Shown one piece after another: positions 39,676-53,487 of a DNA stretch of 64,000 nucleotides; the first letter of the stretch is position 1, and each line of letters begins with the position of its first letter. Location of the stretch: assembly GCA_951406725.2 (NCBI GenBank), contig OX597834.1:20646001-20710000 (forward strand), in the 5' to 3' direction. Source of the stretch: Octopus vulgaris (Eukaryota). The position numbers were made by a program, and so were the translations under genes. Below the pieces are notes generated by a model. The model saw only the letters and a program-made list of their open reading frames with translations, was not told the origin of the DNA and did not search any database.

Positions 39676-39862
39676 TACCAGAGTAATCATATAAATACAA
39701 AACAGGGTGGAAAAAATAGTACTCAAATACCAGAAGTAGAGTAATGTGCTTTATTCAAAAGCAGCAAAGATATCACAAATATCACAAAACTGTCCGATGA
39801 ATAGGAACGTGAAACTCTGAGTAACAGCTTTTGTGATATTTTTGCTGCTTTTTAATAAACTG
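39676..39862. mobile_element. (TA)n-flanked Penelope-LTR-like fold-back element
   Basis: 39750-39793 is complementary to 39824-39859 around a hammerhead-like core. Confidence 0.65.
39780..39838 (+). ncRNA. type I hammerhead-ribozyme-like motif (U4C core)
   Basis: Stem I TATCACAAAACTGT/ACAGCTTTTGTGATA, core CCGATGA, stem II ATAGGAACGT, GAAA, palindromic helix III ACTC-T-GAGT, GUA triplet 39821-39823. Confidence 0.6.
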
Positions 39863-39880
39863 TATATATGTGTATGTATA

Positions 39881-39934
<54 letters not shown>

Positions 39935-39937
<3 letters not shown>

Positions 39938-40311
39938 AGTGGCTGTGTGGTAAGTAGCTTGCTAACAAATTACATGGTTCCAGGTTCAGTCCCACTGCGT
40001 GGCACCTTGGGCAAGTGTCTTCTATTATAGCCTCAGGCTGACCAAAGCCCATCATACATATATATATATATATGTATATGTGTGTGTATATACGTTTGTG
40101 TGTCTCTGTTTGTCCCCCCCCCCCCCAGCATCGCTTGACAACTGATGCTGGTGTGTTTATGTCTCCCGTAACTTAGCGGTTCGGCAAAAGAGACCGATAG
40201 AATAAGTAATAGGCTTACAAAGAATAAGTCCTGGGGTCGATTTGCTCGACTAAAGGCGGTGCTCCAGCATGGCCACAGTCAAATGACTGAAACAAGTAAA
40301 AGAGTAAAAGA

Positions 40312-40312
<1 letters not shown>
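39935..40312 (+). mobile_element. SINE family A with internal deletion, inserted in (TA)n
   Basis: A and B boxes, CORE-like segment, tail. Confidence 0.9.
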
Positions 40313-40352
<40 letters not shown>

Positions 40353-40821
40353 TATGTATACATGCACACATACATACATGTGTTAGCATTTAGTAAGAGA
40401 TCATCTATCTGATACTGGTGTTTACAACAATATTTAGTCATATAGGCCAGTCACTTTGCATAGACTACATCACGGGGTCCCTTTGAGTAGGTAGAAGGCT
40501 ATCAAGGTGGGGTTATAGCAATTTTGCTGAAGTTGCTCCAAGGGAATATGGATTAGGGGATGTGAACTCTGGAAAGGGTAAAGCTACCAGGGATAACTGG
40601 GTTCAATTACAAAGTTCAACAACACATGCACATAAGTGCAATTCTGTGAAATGTTCACACTTGTTTCAGTGGCAGATATATGCAATTTAACTAAAGGTTG
40701 TATCATATGTATGCGATATTTTTTGTTTTGCTTATGGGAAAAATGGAAAAATACGAGTGAATACTATCTTACAAGTGGTGTGTATTAAGTCTATAAAATT
40801 ATACAAAGAGTATATAAAGTG

Positions 40822-40869
<48 letters not shown>

Positions 40870-41046
40870 GCATTAAGTAACCATCGTATTCCAGTTTCTT
40901 TCACTTTTCACTGAGGACCAGATGAGTGACTATCTTTCCATACAGATACAACACAGGCTACTCTTTCAGGGTTTTCGAATAAAGATTTCAGAAACAACCC
41001 AATAGGTTTATCATTTATTCCATGAAATATTCATAGGTCGCACTAA

Positions 41047-41272
41047 TCATCATCATCGTTTAACATCCGCTTTCTATGCTAGCATGGGTTGGACGGTTCA
41101 ACTGAGGTCTGGGAAGCCAGAAGGCTGCACCAGGCCCAGTCTGATCTGGCAATGTTTCTACGGCTGGATGCCCTTCCTAACGCCAACCACTCTGTGAGTG
41201 TAGTAGGTGCTTTTTACGTGCCACCGGCACAGGTGCCAGACGGGGCTGGCAAACGGCCATGATCGGATGGTG
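41047..41272 (-). mobile_element. RTE 3' end (family C)
   Basis: (CAT)n tail; truncated at CGGATGGTGCT. Confidence 0.85.
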
Positions 41273-41634
41273 CTAACCTCTTCTTCCCTCAGCTTCTCAT
41301 CATCATTTCCCTCTTTGCTACAAAATTCATTTAAGAGTCTGGTGGTTGGGTATATTACAGTAAACCGAAAGATCAAACTCCCAGAATTATCATGACCTTC
41401 TCAAATTTCTCAGTCTGCGATATTGTTCTGAAAATCTCAGAATTATGAATAATGCAACTGAATTCCCAAGAATTACAATAATATTACCAAAAATTCAAAA
41501 AATTACCATAATATTCTCTAACTCACATAATTGCAATAATATTCATGAAATCTTTTAAATTAATTCAATTAACCATTACCAAGCTAAGAATTATGTTTGT
41601 GTAACCAGACTCCCAGAATTAGCATAATTATTTC

Positions 41635-42389
41635 CAATTTCGGCACAAGGTCAACAGCTTTGAGGGAAGGGGTAACTTGATTGCATCGACCCAGTACTCA
41701 ACTTGTATTTTTTTTATTGACCCCTAAAGAATGAAAAGCAAGGAGGACTTCAGGGGCCGTTGAACCTGGAATGAATAACTAGATGTGCCACTGAGCATTT
41801 TGTCTGTTACTCTAACAATTCTGCCAGCACGCCACCTTAATAATGGTTTCACATTTTGGCACAAGGCCAGCAATTTCGAGGGAGGAGGATAACTCGATTA
41901 AATCAACCCTAGTGTTCAACTGGTATTTAATCCATCGACCCTGAAAAGATGAAAGACGAAGTCGACTTCGGCAGAATTTGAACTCAGAGCATGAAGATAG
42001 ATGGTTGCTGTGATAATCCTTTCCATTATAGGGACAAGGCTTGGGATTTTGTGGGGAGTGAGCTTGTCAGTTACATCATCCCAGCAGTGCTCAACTGGTA
42101 TTTATTTTATCGACCTCTGAAGAGATGAAAGGCAAAGTTGACCTCACTGGGATTTGAACTCAGAATGTCAACTCAAAAGAAATGCCACTAGGCTTTTTGT
42201 CCAGCATACCACTGATTTTGCCAGTTCACTGCCTTATCAGTAATTATAATGATGATGATGATGGTTTCAAATTTTGCCACAAGGCCAGCCAGGTCGATTA
42301 TATCAACCCCAGTGTTGCACTGGTACTTAATGTATTGACCCTGGAAGAGTGAAAGGCAAAATCAATCTTGGTAGGATAACAATATTAAT

Positions 42390-42427
<38 letters not shown>

Positions 42428-42667
42428 TAATAATAATAATAATGATAATAATCCTTTCTGCTGGAGGCACAAGGTCTGAAATTTGGGAGGAGGGGGCCAG
42501 TCAATTAGATCAATCTCACTACGCAACTGGTACTTAATTTATCGACCCCGAAAGGATGAAAGGCAAAGTCGACCTCAGTGGAATTTGAACGCAGAACATA
42601 GTGGCAGGTGAAATACTGCTAAGCATTTCATCCAGTGTGCTAACAACTCTGCCAGCTCAGTACCTTA
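41635..42667 (-). mobile_element. five tandem co-oriented SINE family B copies (sixth at 43137-43349)
   Basis: Copies start at about 41635, 41843, 42014, 42263 and 42449, each with CAAGG..CAACTGGTA..GAAAGGCAAAGTCGAC-like core; AAT/GAT runs between several. Confidence 0.85.
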
Positions 42668-42672
42668 ATAAC

Positions 42673-42744
<72 letters not shown>

Positions 42745-42745
<1 letters not shown>

Positions 42746-43078
42746 GGAGCATCATAGCCATGTGTTGAGAGGGATTCTTTGGGGTTTGAATAGTTCACCT
42801 CTGGAAACATGGGTGGTTCTTTCAACATCCTTAAACAACCCTTATTCAGGGACCGTTTGAGCGGGATGGGCTACTCAACCTGAAGAAAATTCTAACTGGG
42901 CCCCACCTGCAAGGTCATGTGCTGTTTATCTTGATATGAGATCACCATGTCGCGCACATATGGTTGTGATGCATGTGCCTGGTGTACCTTTATCAGACGG
43001 GTAGTCATGATGGGTATATTGGGCTTCGTATATTTTACCCCAGTGTCACTTTGATGGCATGAACTGCTCTCTCACTCA
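42745..43078 (+). mobile_element. non-LTR 3'-UTR-like insertion bounded on both sides by (AAT)n
   Basis: Complex sequence with sharp borders inside an (AAT)n tract; behaviour like TAA-targeting R4/Dong elements (inference, no ORF seen). Confidence 0.5.
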
Positions 43079-44044
43079 ATAATAATAATAATAATAATAA
43101 TAATATCATCAATGATAATAATAATAATAATGATAATTCTTACTCTGCCACAAAGCCAGAAATTTTAAGTGAAGTGGATATTTTATTACATCAATCCCAA
43201 TGCTTAATCGGTATTTATTTTATCAGCCATGAAATGAAGAATGCCCAAGTCACCTTCAGCAGCATTTTGGATTTGGAACATAAAGCTGGAAGAACTACAA
43301 TTAAACATTTTGACCAGCATGGTAATGGTTCTGCCATTTCATCACCTCTTCAGGATTATCATAATGCTACCAAATTCTTAGAATTAAGACAACCTTGTGA
43401 AACGCATGGCCCCGACCCAGGAACGTTGCTTTGAGGCACCACTCAGAACAGCAATGTGTCACGTTCTCACTTTTGCCGTGCCACTGGTGTTCGAGGAGTG
43501 AAAGGCTCCAGTAACTCACAGTCGGCTGGGATTCCTTGGGCTGTGTCTCAAAATCACAGACGTTTCTATAATGCTTGCCAACTCTCAAAATTATGATAAT
43601 GTTCCCAGATTCACATAGTTATTATGTTCTTGAAATCTCAAAAATTCTGACATTACCAAATGCTCAGAATTAGGTTAATTTTACCAAAATTATGGAATTG
43701 TGATACACTGATATTGTTCTTAAATATTTTGACAATGTTACCAAAGTCACAGAATTGTGGTAATATCTCCAAAATCTCAGAAATTCTTGATAATGTTACC
43801 AGACTGCTAGAATTATGTTAATATTCTTGAAATCTCAGAAATTGTGAAAATAATTTGAAACTCCCCAATACATTTACGGTATTTTGTGATACTATCTTAA
43901 ACTCTGGTTTTCCCTCCCACTCTCTTTCTTGTACTCTATGTTTATCTATGTGTGATGTATAAAAACATGTAATATACAAATAAATATCTGTAAATATAAA
44001 ACCATCCGAATTTCTGAATACCTCATTTCTTTTAATATATATAT

Positions 44045-44045
44045 G

Positions 44046-44080
<35 letters not shown>

Positions 44081-44288
44081 GTGTGTGTGTTCATTTCCCC
44101 ATTGCAGTTTCAACATTATCTTACATAATTTGTTGAAAAATATTCTCACCCATCCATACATACACACAATAACGCATTCATACATACATATACACACACG
44201 TGCATACACACATGCATTCACCACTGACTGTCTTATAGACATTATTGTCAATTCTCACACACACACACATTATATACATTATACACAG

Positions 44289-44343
<55 letters not shown>

Positions 44344-45410
44344 CTCACACTCACACACACATACCGAGTTACATTTGCATTCTCAAATTTAGGACTATTT
44401 TACCGAAATTCTTACCAAAACGTCCCCACATACAAACACACACACATGCACAAACACACACACACACATACATATATACACTCACATGCATACACATGTG
44501 CACATACATTCACACACACATACACACACAATGTTACTTGTTCTTATCATTCCTGTAACACACCATATACAGAACACACACACACACACACACACACAAG
44601 CAAGCACTTAACATGCAAGCTCTTGAAAGTTGCATTGGTTTGAAATAGTTATTCCAGAACCAAAATTTCCATTTTCTTTGGTGTTTATCTGATGTTTTAC
44701 CATTTTTGGACTTTTGGAGTCTATAAAGTGCTGCAAAACCTAATTTTGTCTTTTTCTCTCTCTTCAGATCTTTGAGAATCTCAGATTTACATATTATACA
44801 GTTTCATTTCCATATTAACCATAAAAAAATAAACACTTGGTTTTGTTTGCCTTCCACACACACACATCACACACACACATACACACATACACACACACAC
44901 ATGCACAGAGACACACACACACACACAGATACACACATTCACTCACACATACAGACTCACGCACTAACACACATACACACATACAAGCACACATGCACAG
45001 ACACACACACACGTGCACATACACACATGCAGACACACACACTAACACACACACACACAGACAAACATACACACACAAACACCCACACAAACATTCATAC
45101 ATACATACAGACTCACACAAATACATACACGCATACACATATATACACACACATACATACACACACATACATGCATACATGCATACATACATGCATACAT
45201 ATGGACACACATGTACATTCATACATTCGCACTCATGCAAACACACCTACACAAGCACACATACAAACATGTGCACACACACATACACACACATGCACTA
45301 ACAAACAAACAGATACATTCACACGCACATGCACGCACACAAACGCACACACACTCACAAAGACAGACCCACAGAAACGCGTGCTTGCATATAAACACAG
45401 GCACACATGC
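44045..45410. repeat. degenerate (CA)n/(CATA)n arrays
   Basis: Direct reading; explains the HT-repeat ORFs. Confidence 0.9.
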
Positions 45411-46009
45411 CCACAGTCTTGCACCAGATCTTTTCCTAGAATAAACAAATGATAATAATAATAATAATAATAATGACGACGACGACGACGACGACGACGA
45501 TAATAATAATAATAATAATAACTGGACAGATTTTGCTTTAGTATGAAATTTGAATCAATCACATAAAGATCTTAGTTTAATGAAGTGGATGGCTATTTTC
45601 TTAATATTGCTCTTTTTTGTGTATTTATTTTATTTTATCTAGTTTCAGCTCACGAGCTGTGGCCATGCTGGGGCACTGCCATTTATATTTATATGTATGT
45701 GTGTGAGTATGTGTGTTTGTGTATACATATATATATAAATATATATATATATACATACATATATACGCACATACATACACATGTACATGCATAGGTCTAT
45801 ATTTTGTTTTTTTATCTAAGAGTTTAATCAGTGATTCTATGAAAGTACTGCCAAAAAAAAAAAAACAGATAGAAATATAAAAAGAAAAAGGAAAGCAAAT
45901 ATAAGAAAGATGATCCAGATGCATCTTGATGGCAAAAAAAAAATACCTGAAAACAAAAAAAATTACAAATACATAAATAAATAAATAAATAAATAAATAG
46001 ATAAATAGG

Positions 46010-46800
<791 letters not shown>

Positions 46801-47169
46801 CAACAGCAATGGAAATGACTATTTTTATTATAAAAATACATATTTATTCTTTAAAGAACGATTTCTGATGAGATTTGGGGGGGGATGGTGGATTTTCTTT
46901 TGTTTTTGCTTTCTGTTATTCATTTTATTTATTTTTACATATTTATTTACCTCAGTGATTTAAATAACTCTAATGGTTTATAGATCAGACACTTTGATTA
47001 TGTCTCAAACAGTTAGTTTATGTTGTCAGTGTTGGCTGGCTGACTGGCTGGCTAGCTGGTTGGTTGTGATGATGATGATGATGATGATGGCAGGGCTGCT
47101 GGTAGTGTTGAAATGATGAGGACGATAGTTCTTGGTTTCCATAGCTAGATGTCCTTCCTAAAATTAAAA

Positions 47170-48730
47170 ACACTTTACAGAGTGTACTGGGTGCTTTTTT
47201 TGTTTTTTTCTTTGTTTTCTCATGGCACCTGGCATCAGCACAAAAGAGGTATCATGTTCTCAGTAGGACCAGCGAGTCCTCTCATACATACATCTAACCG
47301 AGTGAAGTGGTTGCTATATATTACAGCACCTACACCAGTGAGGTCGGCCTGTCCTTGACAACACTAAAAGATTCTCTCGACTCCCTACCTTACTGAGTGT
47401 TTTGAGTACTTTTCCTGCAGCACTGGTGAGGTCACCCTGTCCACAGTAACACTAAAAGATTCTTTCATGGTTCCCCCACCTACACTTGTTTTTTTTTTTG
47501 CATTTTCCTTCAATTATATAAGTTTATGATCTATTTTATGTTACAGTTTTTTAAATTTCTTTCCTTTACTTCTTTCATTTTCTGCCCATCACTCTTCCAT
47601 TAAGCAAAAACCTCATTAGTGGATGCTTTTTTATATGGCACAAATACTAGTTAAGTAGCCCTATCCTCAAGGACACTAAAAGTTTCTCTCGACCTCATAA
47701 TACTGAGTGCACTAAATGCTTTTTAACATGGCACCAGCAATAGTGATATAATAATGAAATTATGGTATACAGTGCTCTGGTGCACCACAACTTGTCAAAA
47801 GTGTGTATAAAGTATATGCAGTAATGTACAAATGTCTGGAAAATGAACAGTGTATGAGTCAGATACATGCTTGCATGTGTATGGAGGGGAGAAAATCAGG
47901 TGTAGTGTTGGCAAATCTCAGAAAGCATGGAAGTTTTGAAGGATGCAGTGCTCCGACAACTAACAACTGATGCCGGCAGTTTGTTCCATGCTTCAGCAAC
48001 TCTTAGCGTGAAAAAATGTTTCTGAAAGTCATGGGAGCTGTGCTGTTTTCTGACTTTGTAAACATGTCCACGGGTGATGTAGCCCTGTCCTCAAGAACAC
48101 TGAAAGCTTCTGTCAATTTTAGATTTTACAAAATGTGCTGAGTGGCACCAACACTAATGAGGTAACCATGTATTCTGTAACACTAAAATATTCTCTCAAC
48201 CTGAGATTTTACAAAGTTCACTGGGTGCTTTTCCATGGCTCATAGGCCTCTGAGCAGGTATTGCCAAGCTTTTGGCAAAATTTGATAAAGATTCTCTGCT
48301 CAGCTTTCACTGTCATAATCAATGCAATGATCACATGCTACACACCTTCCTTCCAAGCACTGCTGTAAACAGTGGAAGTGAGCTAGAACATTGCACTGCA
48401 GAAATTAAGGTCAATCTGTGCCTAGCAGTTTTACACTGCAAGCTTTAGTTTTGTTAATATGGCAATAATCTGCATACTTATTGATCATCCCTCGTATGTA
48501 TGCCACGGAAAGGAACACTGGTCTGTCACAGAATTATTTATTTTTGTCAGGTGTGTGGACTGAAGCAACATGAAGTAAAATGTTTTGCCCAAGACAAGAA
48601 CACACACACCACCTAGTACAGGAGTCACAACAACAATCTTATGATCATGAGTGTAAACCACGAACCTCCGCTTTACAGAGTGCCAAGGGTACTTTTCCAT
48701 GGTTCCTAAATTAGTGAGGCAGCCCTATCT
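47170..48730. repeat. degenerate ~90-105-bp tandem units related to the RTE family C tail
   Basis: Recurrent GTGAGGT..CCCTGTCC..ACACTAAAAG.TTCTCTC..GAGTG..GTGCTTTT..ATGGCAC. Confidence 0.55.
47748..48075 (-). mobile_element. CR1 3' fragment (subfamily with longer 3' UTR)
   Basis: Homologous to 4628-4806 (TRGH..FRKHFFTLRVAEAWNKLP); same terminal stem-loop; GTGAT at both junctions. Confidence 0.85.
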
Positions 48731-49800
48731 ACTTCATGGTTAAAGGCCTTTTGACCCCAGTATCTGCTTGATTTCGAATCTCTTCTCAGAGTAAGTGGCA
48801 TGAATGACCGTATGATGGAGACATGAATATTTGTGCCATGAATGAAAGAGTTAAGTCTTACCAATAAGAAAGATAATGCTTTATAGAATTATAGTGTAAA
48901 CCATGAACCACAAAACACGCACAGTTATTAGGATTCTTACAAATTTTGGTTTAATTCTAATTGAATTATAAGATAGGAAATGGGTTATTGGTTAATAAAC
49001 TACTGATAATTATAAATGCATGCAAGGATGAACTGCATCTAATTAAGAGGATAATAATAGAAAAAATAAAAGAAAAAATGTAAGCAAAAAATGGAAAAAT
49101 GCTGAACAAAATTTGGTAAAATGAAATGAAATGTTGGAATTATTATAATTCAGTAAGTAAATTGATTTTCCTGAAATGGAAATAATTTCAATTAAATTCT
49201 TTTAAAACTTGTGAAATTATATTCTGCAAAGAAAGTGAAAAGAAAATATTTAAAAATCTACTTAGAGATTAAAGTAACATGCATATTTGTGTGAAAGTAT
49301 TAATGATATAGAACGAAATAAAGTAAAATAGATACCAAAAAAATGCACAAACAACAACAGCAACAATAATAAAATTAATAATGATAATAATAACAACAAC
49401 AACAACAACTAGACTTACTACAAGAAGAAAATACATAATTTATTGATATGAATTATTCAATAAAAGACCTAAGTCTGTGACTGGGGTAAAGTGTGTGCTT
49501 TATTATAAGAGAGAAACATACTATGGACACATAATTGAATTTGCTTTGGAAGTTTTTATAATTTCTTGATGAAAATATTAAAATTTCTGAAAATGGTTTA
49601 GCATTGTATTTATATATTTATGTGTGTGTGTGTGTGCATGTGTGTATTTGTTTGTATATCTATGTATATATGTATATGTATGTGTCCAGGTGTGTGTCTA
49701 TTTTATTATTATTTGATTGGTTGTTTTTGTTCTTTTTGTTTCCAGTTTTGATCATATTTTAGTAAAATGATGATCAATGTTCACCTAAGTTCCTGAAGAT

Positions 49801-50017
49801 TCTTATTATTTAACACACTCACCAGTAAAAATTCCACTCATTTATTTATTTTTCCTAAAATTTTCGTTGCATCTTGCAACCTTTTCAATAGTCATTGACT
49901 CTGTCCATTATCCAAGCAGCGTTAAAATTTGGAAAAAGAAATAAGTAAATGAGTGAAAACTTTACCGGTGAGTGTGTTAAATAAGAAGGCACTAAATGAG
50001 AATGCCTCTCCCCTGAC

Positions 50018-50025
<8 letters not shown>
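49801..50025. mobile_element. fold-back element with ~62-bp imperfect inverted arms (49801-49864 / 49924-49989)
   Basis: ATTTAACACACTCACC..GTAAA / TTTACCGGTGAGTGTGTTAAAT; internal hairpin GTTGCA-TCT-TGCAAC; abuts (TA)n. Confidence 0.55.
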
Positions 50026-50054
<29 letters not shown>

Positions 50055-50720
50055 CAAAATCGATCATTGAAGACACCAGGTTTATAATGACTAAAATATT
50101 TCACTAAATTCTTCATTATTTTCGAATTAAAATACAGGCAGTGTATTTCAACAGAAATGTGGTAACAAAAGGGTTGGTTACAGAGGGATAATGTAACAGG
50201 GTTTCAGAAACTTTGGAAATCACTTATATGGAACATGCTTGGAAATCACTTATATGGAACATGCTTATATGCTTGTTATCTGACATGTTCGTTTCTAAGT
50301 GGCAAGAGTTGTAATTTAGGTGAGATTTTGGCTGTTTTTTCTAGTATACTGAGCAACCACATACAGGCTCCTTTGAAGTTAATAATGATGATGTGAAATT
50401 TTGAATTTTGCAGATTTCAAATTTTGAGAATTGAATAACAAGTATTTCAATTAAAACTGAATTGAATGTATGTACGTATGTATGCAATTGATCTGTTTTG
50501 AAAAATATCGAAGAGAAAACTCAAAAATCAATCTGTTTATTGCTAAGTTGTTTGTAAAGAAAACAAGGAAGAACAAAAATTATATAAACATATATATACA
50601 TATATACACACACAAACATATATATATTATACATACATACATACAAACGCATACTTAATCACACTCACATATATGTATGAATATATACACATGTATATTA
50701 ATTTGTGTGTATATGTGTGT

Positions 50721-50753
<33 letters not shown>

Positions 50754-51024
50754 AAAATATATATATTATGTACAGATAGAGATATAGAGATAAAAATAGT
50801 TTATGTCTGTATATATGTGTATGTGTATAATTAAATGTGTGTGTGAGTCTTTGTGTATGTGTATAATTCTTTCAATTCATATGTCCATATACATACATAC
50901 ACATATATCTATATACATATTTAAATATGCATACATGTATATATTTATATATGTACATACATACGTTCATGCACATATATGTAAATAAACATTTATACAC
51001 TCATGCCTACATATAAACCCATCC

Positions 51025-51055
<31 letters not shown>

Positions 51056-51716
51056 CATGGTAGCATATACATGCTAGCATGTAAGGCAGACATTAAATGA
51101 TGACGATGATAATGATGATATATGTATGTATGTGTGTATATATATATATATATACACACACATACAGACTCATGTACACACATACACACACATACGAGTT
51201 TGCGTATGTTTTTATACAAAATACATGCATGATAAGAAAGCAATATGTTAGCATCAAAATGCTTTTAAAACCTATAATTCTTTAAAATGTATTAATCTTT
51301 AACAACGAAACCGAATTAAAATGAGCGTCTTTGAAGTATTTATACGATTCGGAAGCCTGAAAGTTGAATGTAATTCCTGTTTAGTGTGTCTTTGATTCCT
51401 TCTGATATAACGGAATGGTGTTCGTATGGAGAATGGATTTGATGAGAGTTTTAAAGATATCTACTCAAGATGTGTGAGAGTATTGCAAGGAAAGAAATGC
51501 ATGTGTGCATATATATGTGTGTGTGTGTTTGTATGTGTGTGTATGTGTATTTATGTCTGTGTGTACTTGTACGTGTGTGTATGTGTGTGTGCATATATAT
51601 ATATTCATTTATTCTTTTATTTGTTTCAGTCATTTCACTGCGGCTATGCTGGAGCACCACCTTTTTAAGTGGACAAATCGACTCCAGGAGTTATTCTTTG
51701 TACTTTATTGGTATTT

Positions 51717-51862
51717 CGAGGTCAACTTTGCCTTTTATCCTTTCGGGGTCGATAAATTAAGTACCAGTTACGCACTGGGGTCGATGTAATCGACTGAATA
51801 CCTATGTCTGTCCTTGTTTGTCCCCTCTATGTTTAGCCCCTTGTGGGTAATAAAGAAATAGG
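51717..51862 (+). mobile_element. SINE family B, 5'-truncated, tail ii
   Basis: Matches 32848-32994. Confidence 0.85.
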
Positions 51863-51984
51863 TTGTTATCAAAAGATTAAAGAATTTTGAAGTTGGTAGA
51901 CAAAGAACTGGAAGGTCTGTTTCAAACATTTTCCATTCTATAAAACACAGTGAAGGGTCCACTTAAATTGTCTCAGTAGCATAA

Positions 51985-52203
51985 TAATGTTAACACACAC
52001 TGCTTTTGTTGTAATTAATTTTGAAAATAATGAGGAATTTTAATAAATAGCTTCATCATTATTAAGCCAGTGTTTGTAACCAAAACTTAAAGGAGATTAA
52101 CACGAAATTTTAATAGAAAGCCTTAATTTAGATCACTTTCAAATAGGAAGCTTGTGTCATAAAACCTGGAGCTGTCTCAGGTGGTTTCGAATTTAAAGGT
52201 TTA
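51985..52203. mobile_element. TTAA-bounded MITE-like element (related pieces at 50070-50176, 52900-53040, 53553-53735)
   Basis: Shared TTCTTCATTATTTTC core and AAAAGGGTTAA-type ends. Confidence 0.5.
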
Positions 52204-53142
52204 AGAAGTTGTAAGTTGGCAGGCAAAGAACCAGAGAGCTGTTTCAAATGTTTGCCATTCTGTATAAGGCAGAGAAGGATCCACAACAATTTGCTGTCTT
52301 TTAAAACCTAGCATAGAATATGTGCTGTTATTATATCCTACAACAAGGCATTGGGATATGTTTGAAAAGCTAATGATTCTCAAGCAAACCCCAATTTGGC
52401 ATTTTCTCAGAACACATTGAACATAGAATAGGTTATAGGATCATAAAAATGGTAAACTACCCTTAAGGGTAATACAAAATGCTACTCTCTCACTTTCTCT
52501 CTTTCTCTCTCTCTCTCAGCATTTTTATCTTACTCTTTATCTCTCTCATTCTCTCTTTCTCTCCTTCCCTTTTCTTTATCTCTCTCATTCTCTCTCTCTC
52601 TTTGTATCCTTCCCTTTTCTTTATCTCTCTCATTCTCTCTCCCTCTCTCTCTTCGTATCTTTCTTTCTCTCTCTCTTTCTTGCCTTCTTGTGTTCTTCCT
52701 TGGCTTATATCCACCTCCATCTATTCAAAACTATTGTTATGTGACATTTTTACATGCAACACATGCCATGGTTCCCATGTTAAAAATTCCTTACCAAAGC
52801 AGCTCTGTCATTTGCATGCAGGTTTCCATTGCAGTGCCAATTGGATATGGACACCACCTCCCATTTTCTGATACAAACTTCTTCTTTTATGGTTATTTTA
52901 ATTAGAACCATCCATAAAAATCCCATCTAAACTTATGTTCCATTCACCAGCTGAATAACGACAAAGCCATTTTACCAAATTCTTCATTATTTTCAAAAGG
53001 TGAGGCATTTTCTATAGAAATATTGTAAGAAAAGGGTTAAGCAGAAGTTGTTAAGCACATCGTTCTCTGTCTTGTATAGAATGGTAAACATTTGAACCAA
53101 ACCTCTGGCTTATGTGTATGAGGTTGGGTGTGTGTGTATTCA

Positions 53143-53487
53143 TCTCATTCTTGCTCACAACATCATAAGCAGAAAGTGTAACCTCTCAAAAGAGCTGTTC
53201 TTCACTCCTGCTCCAGAGCGTCGGCTGCGAGGTCACTCCGAAAAGCTCTATCTGCGACGATTTCATCTCAATCGAAGGAGAGGGGCTTTCTCCATCCAGG
53301 TTGTAGATCCGTGGAATAAGCTGCCAGACGAGATAATGAAGATGCCGACGACCGCTCGGTTAAAAGTCTCTCTTGACCAGAAATAGCCTGAACTCTTTGC
53401 ATGAACACCACCCTGTACATAACTCCATGTCCCCCTACATGGCCTTGCTTTTTGCTTTTTGAGCCAAAAAATTAACTTAACTTAACT
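53143..53487 (+). pseudogene. CR1-clade LINE C-terminus, 3' UTR and (TTAAC)n tail (second family)
   Basis: FF..APERRLRGHSEKL..RRGAFSIQVVDPWNKLP..LKVSLD; tail TTAACTTAACTTAAC. Confidence 0.85.

Larger units (their letters stand above)
41375..43890. repeat. ancient ~29-bp minisatellite (CTCAGAATTRTGATAATRTT..AAA) in two blocks, 41375-41633 and ~43370-43890
   Basis: Recurrent CAGAATT..ATAAT.TT units on both sides of a SINE pile-up. Confidence 0.6.

Noticed and set aside
44772-45452. 226-aa His/Thr-rich ORF and upstream acceptor (CTAAT..CAG at 44767)
   Set aside because: The ORF is a (CA)n tract; the acceptor has no convincing donor or recognisable peptide.
50213-50264. 26-bp direct duplication TTGGAAATCACTTATATGGAACATGC
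   Set aside because: Real but an ordinary slippage duplication with no further structure.
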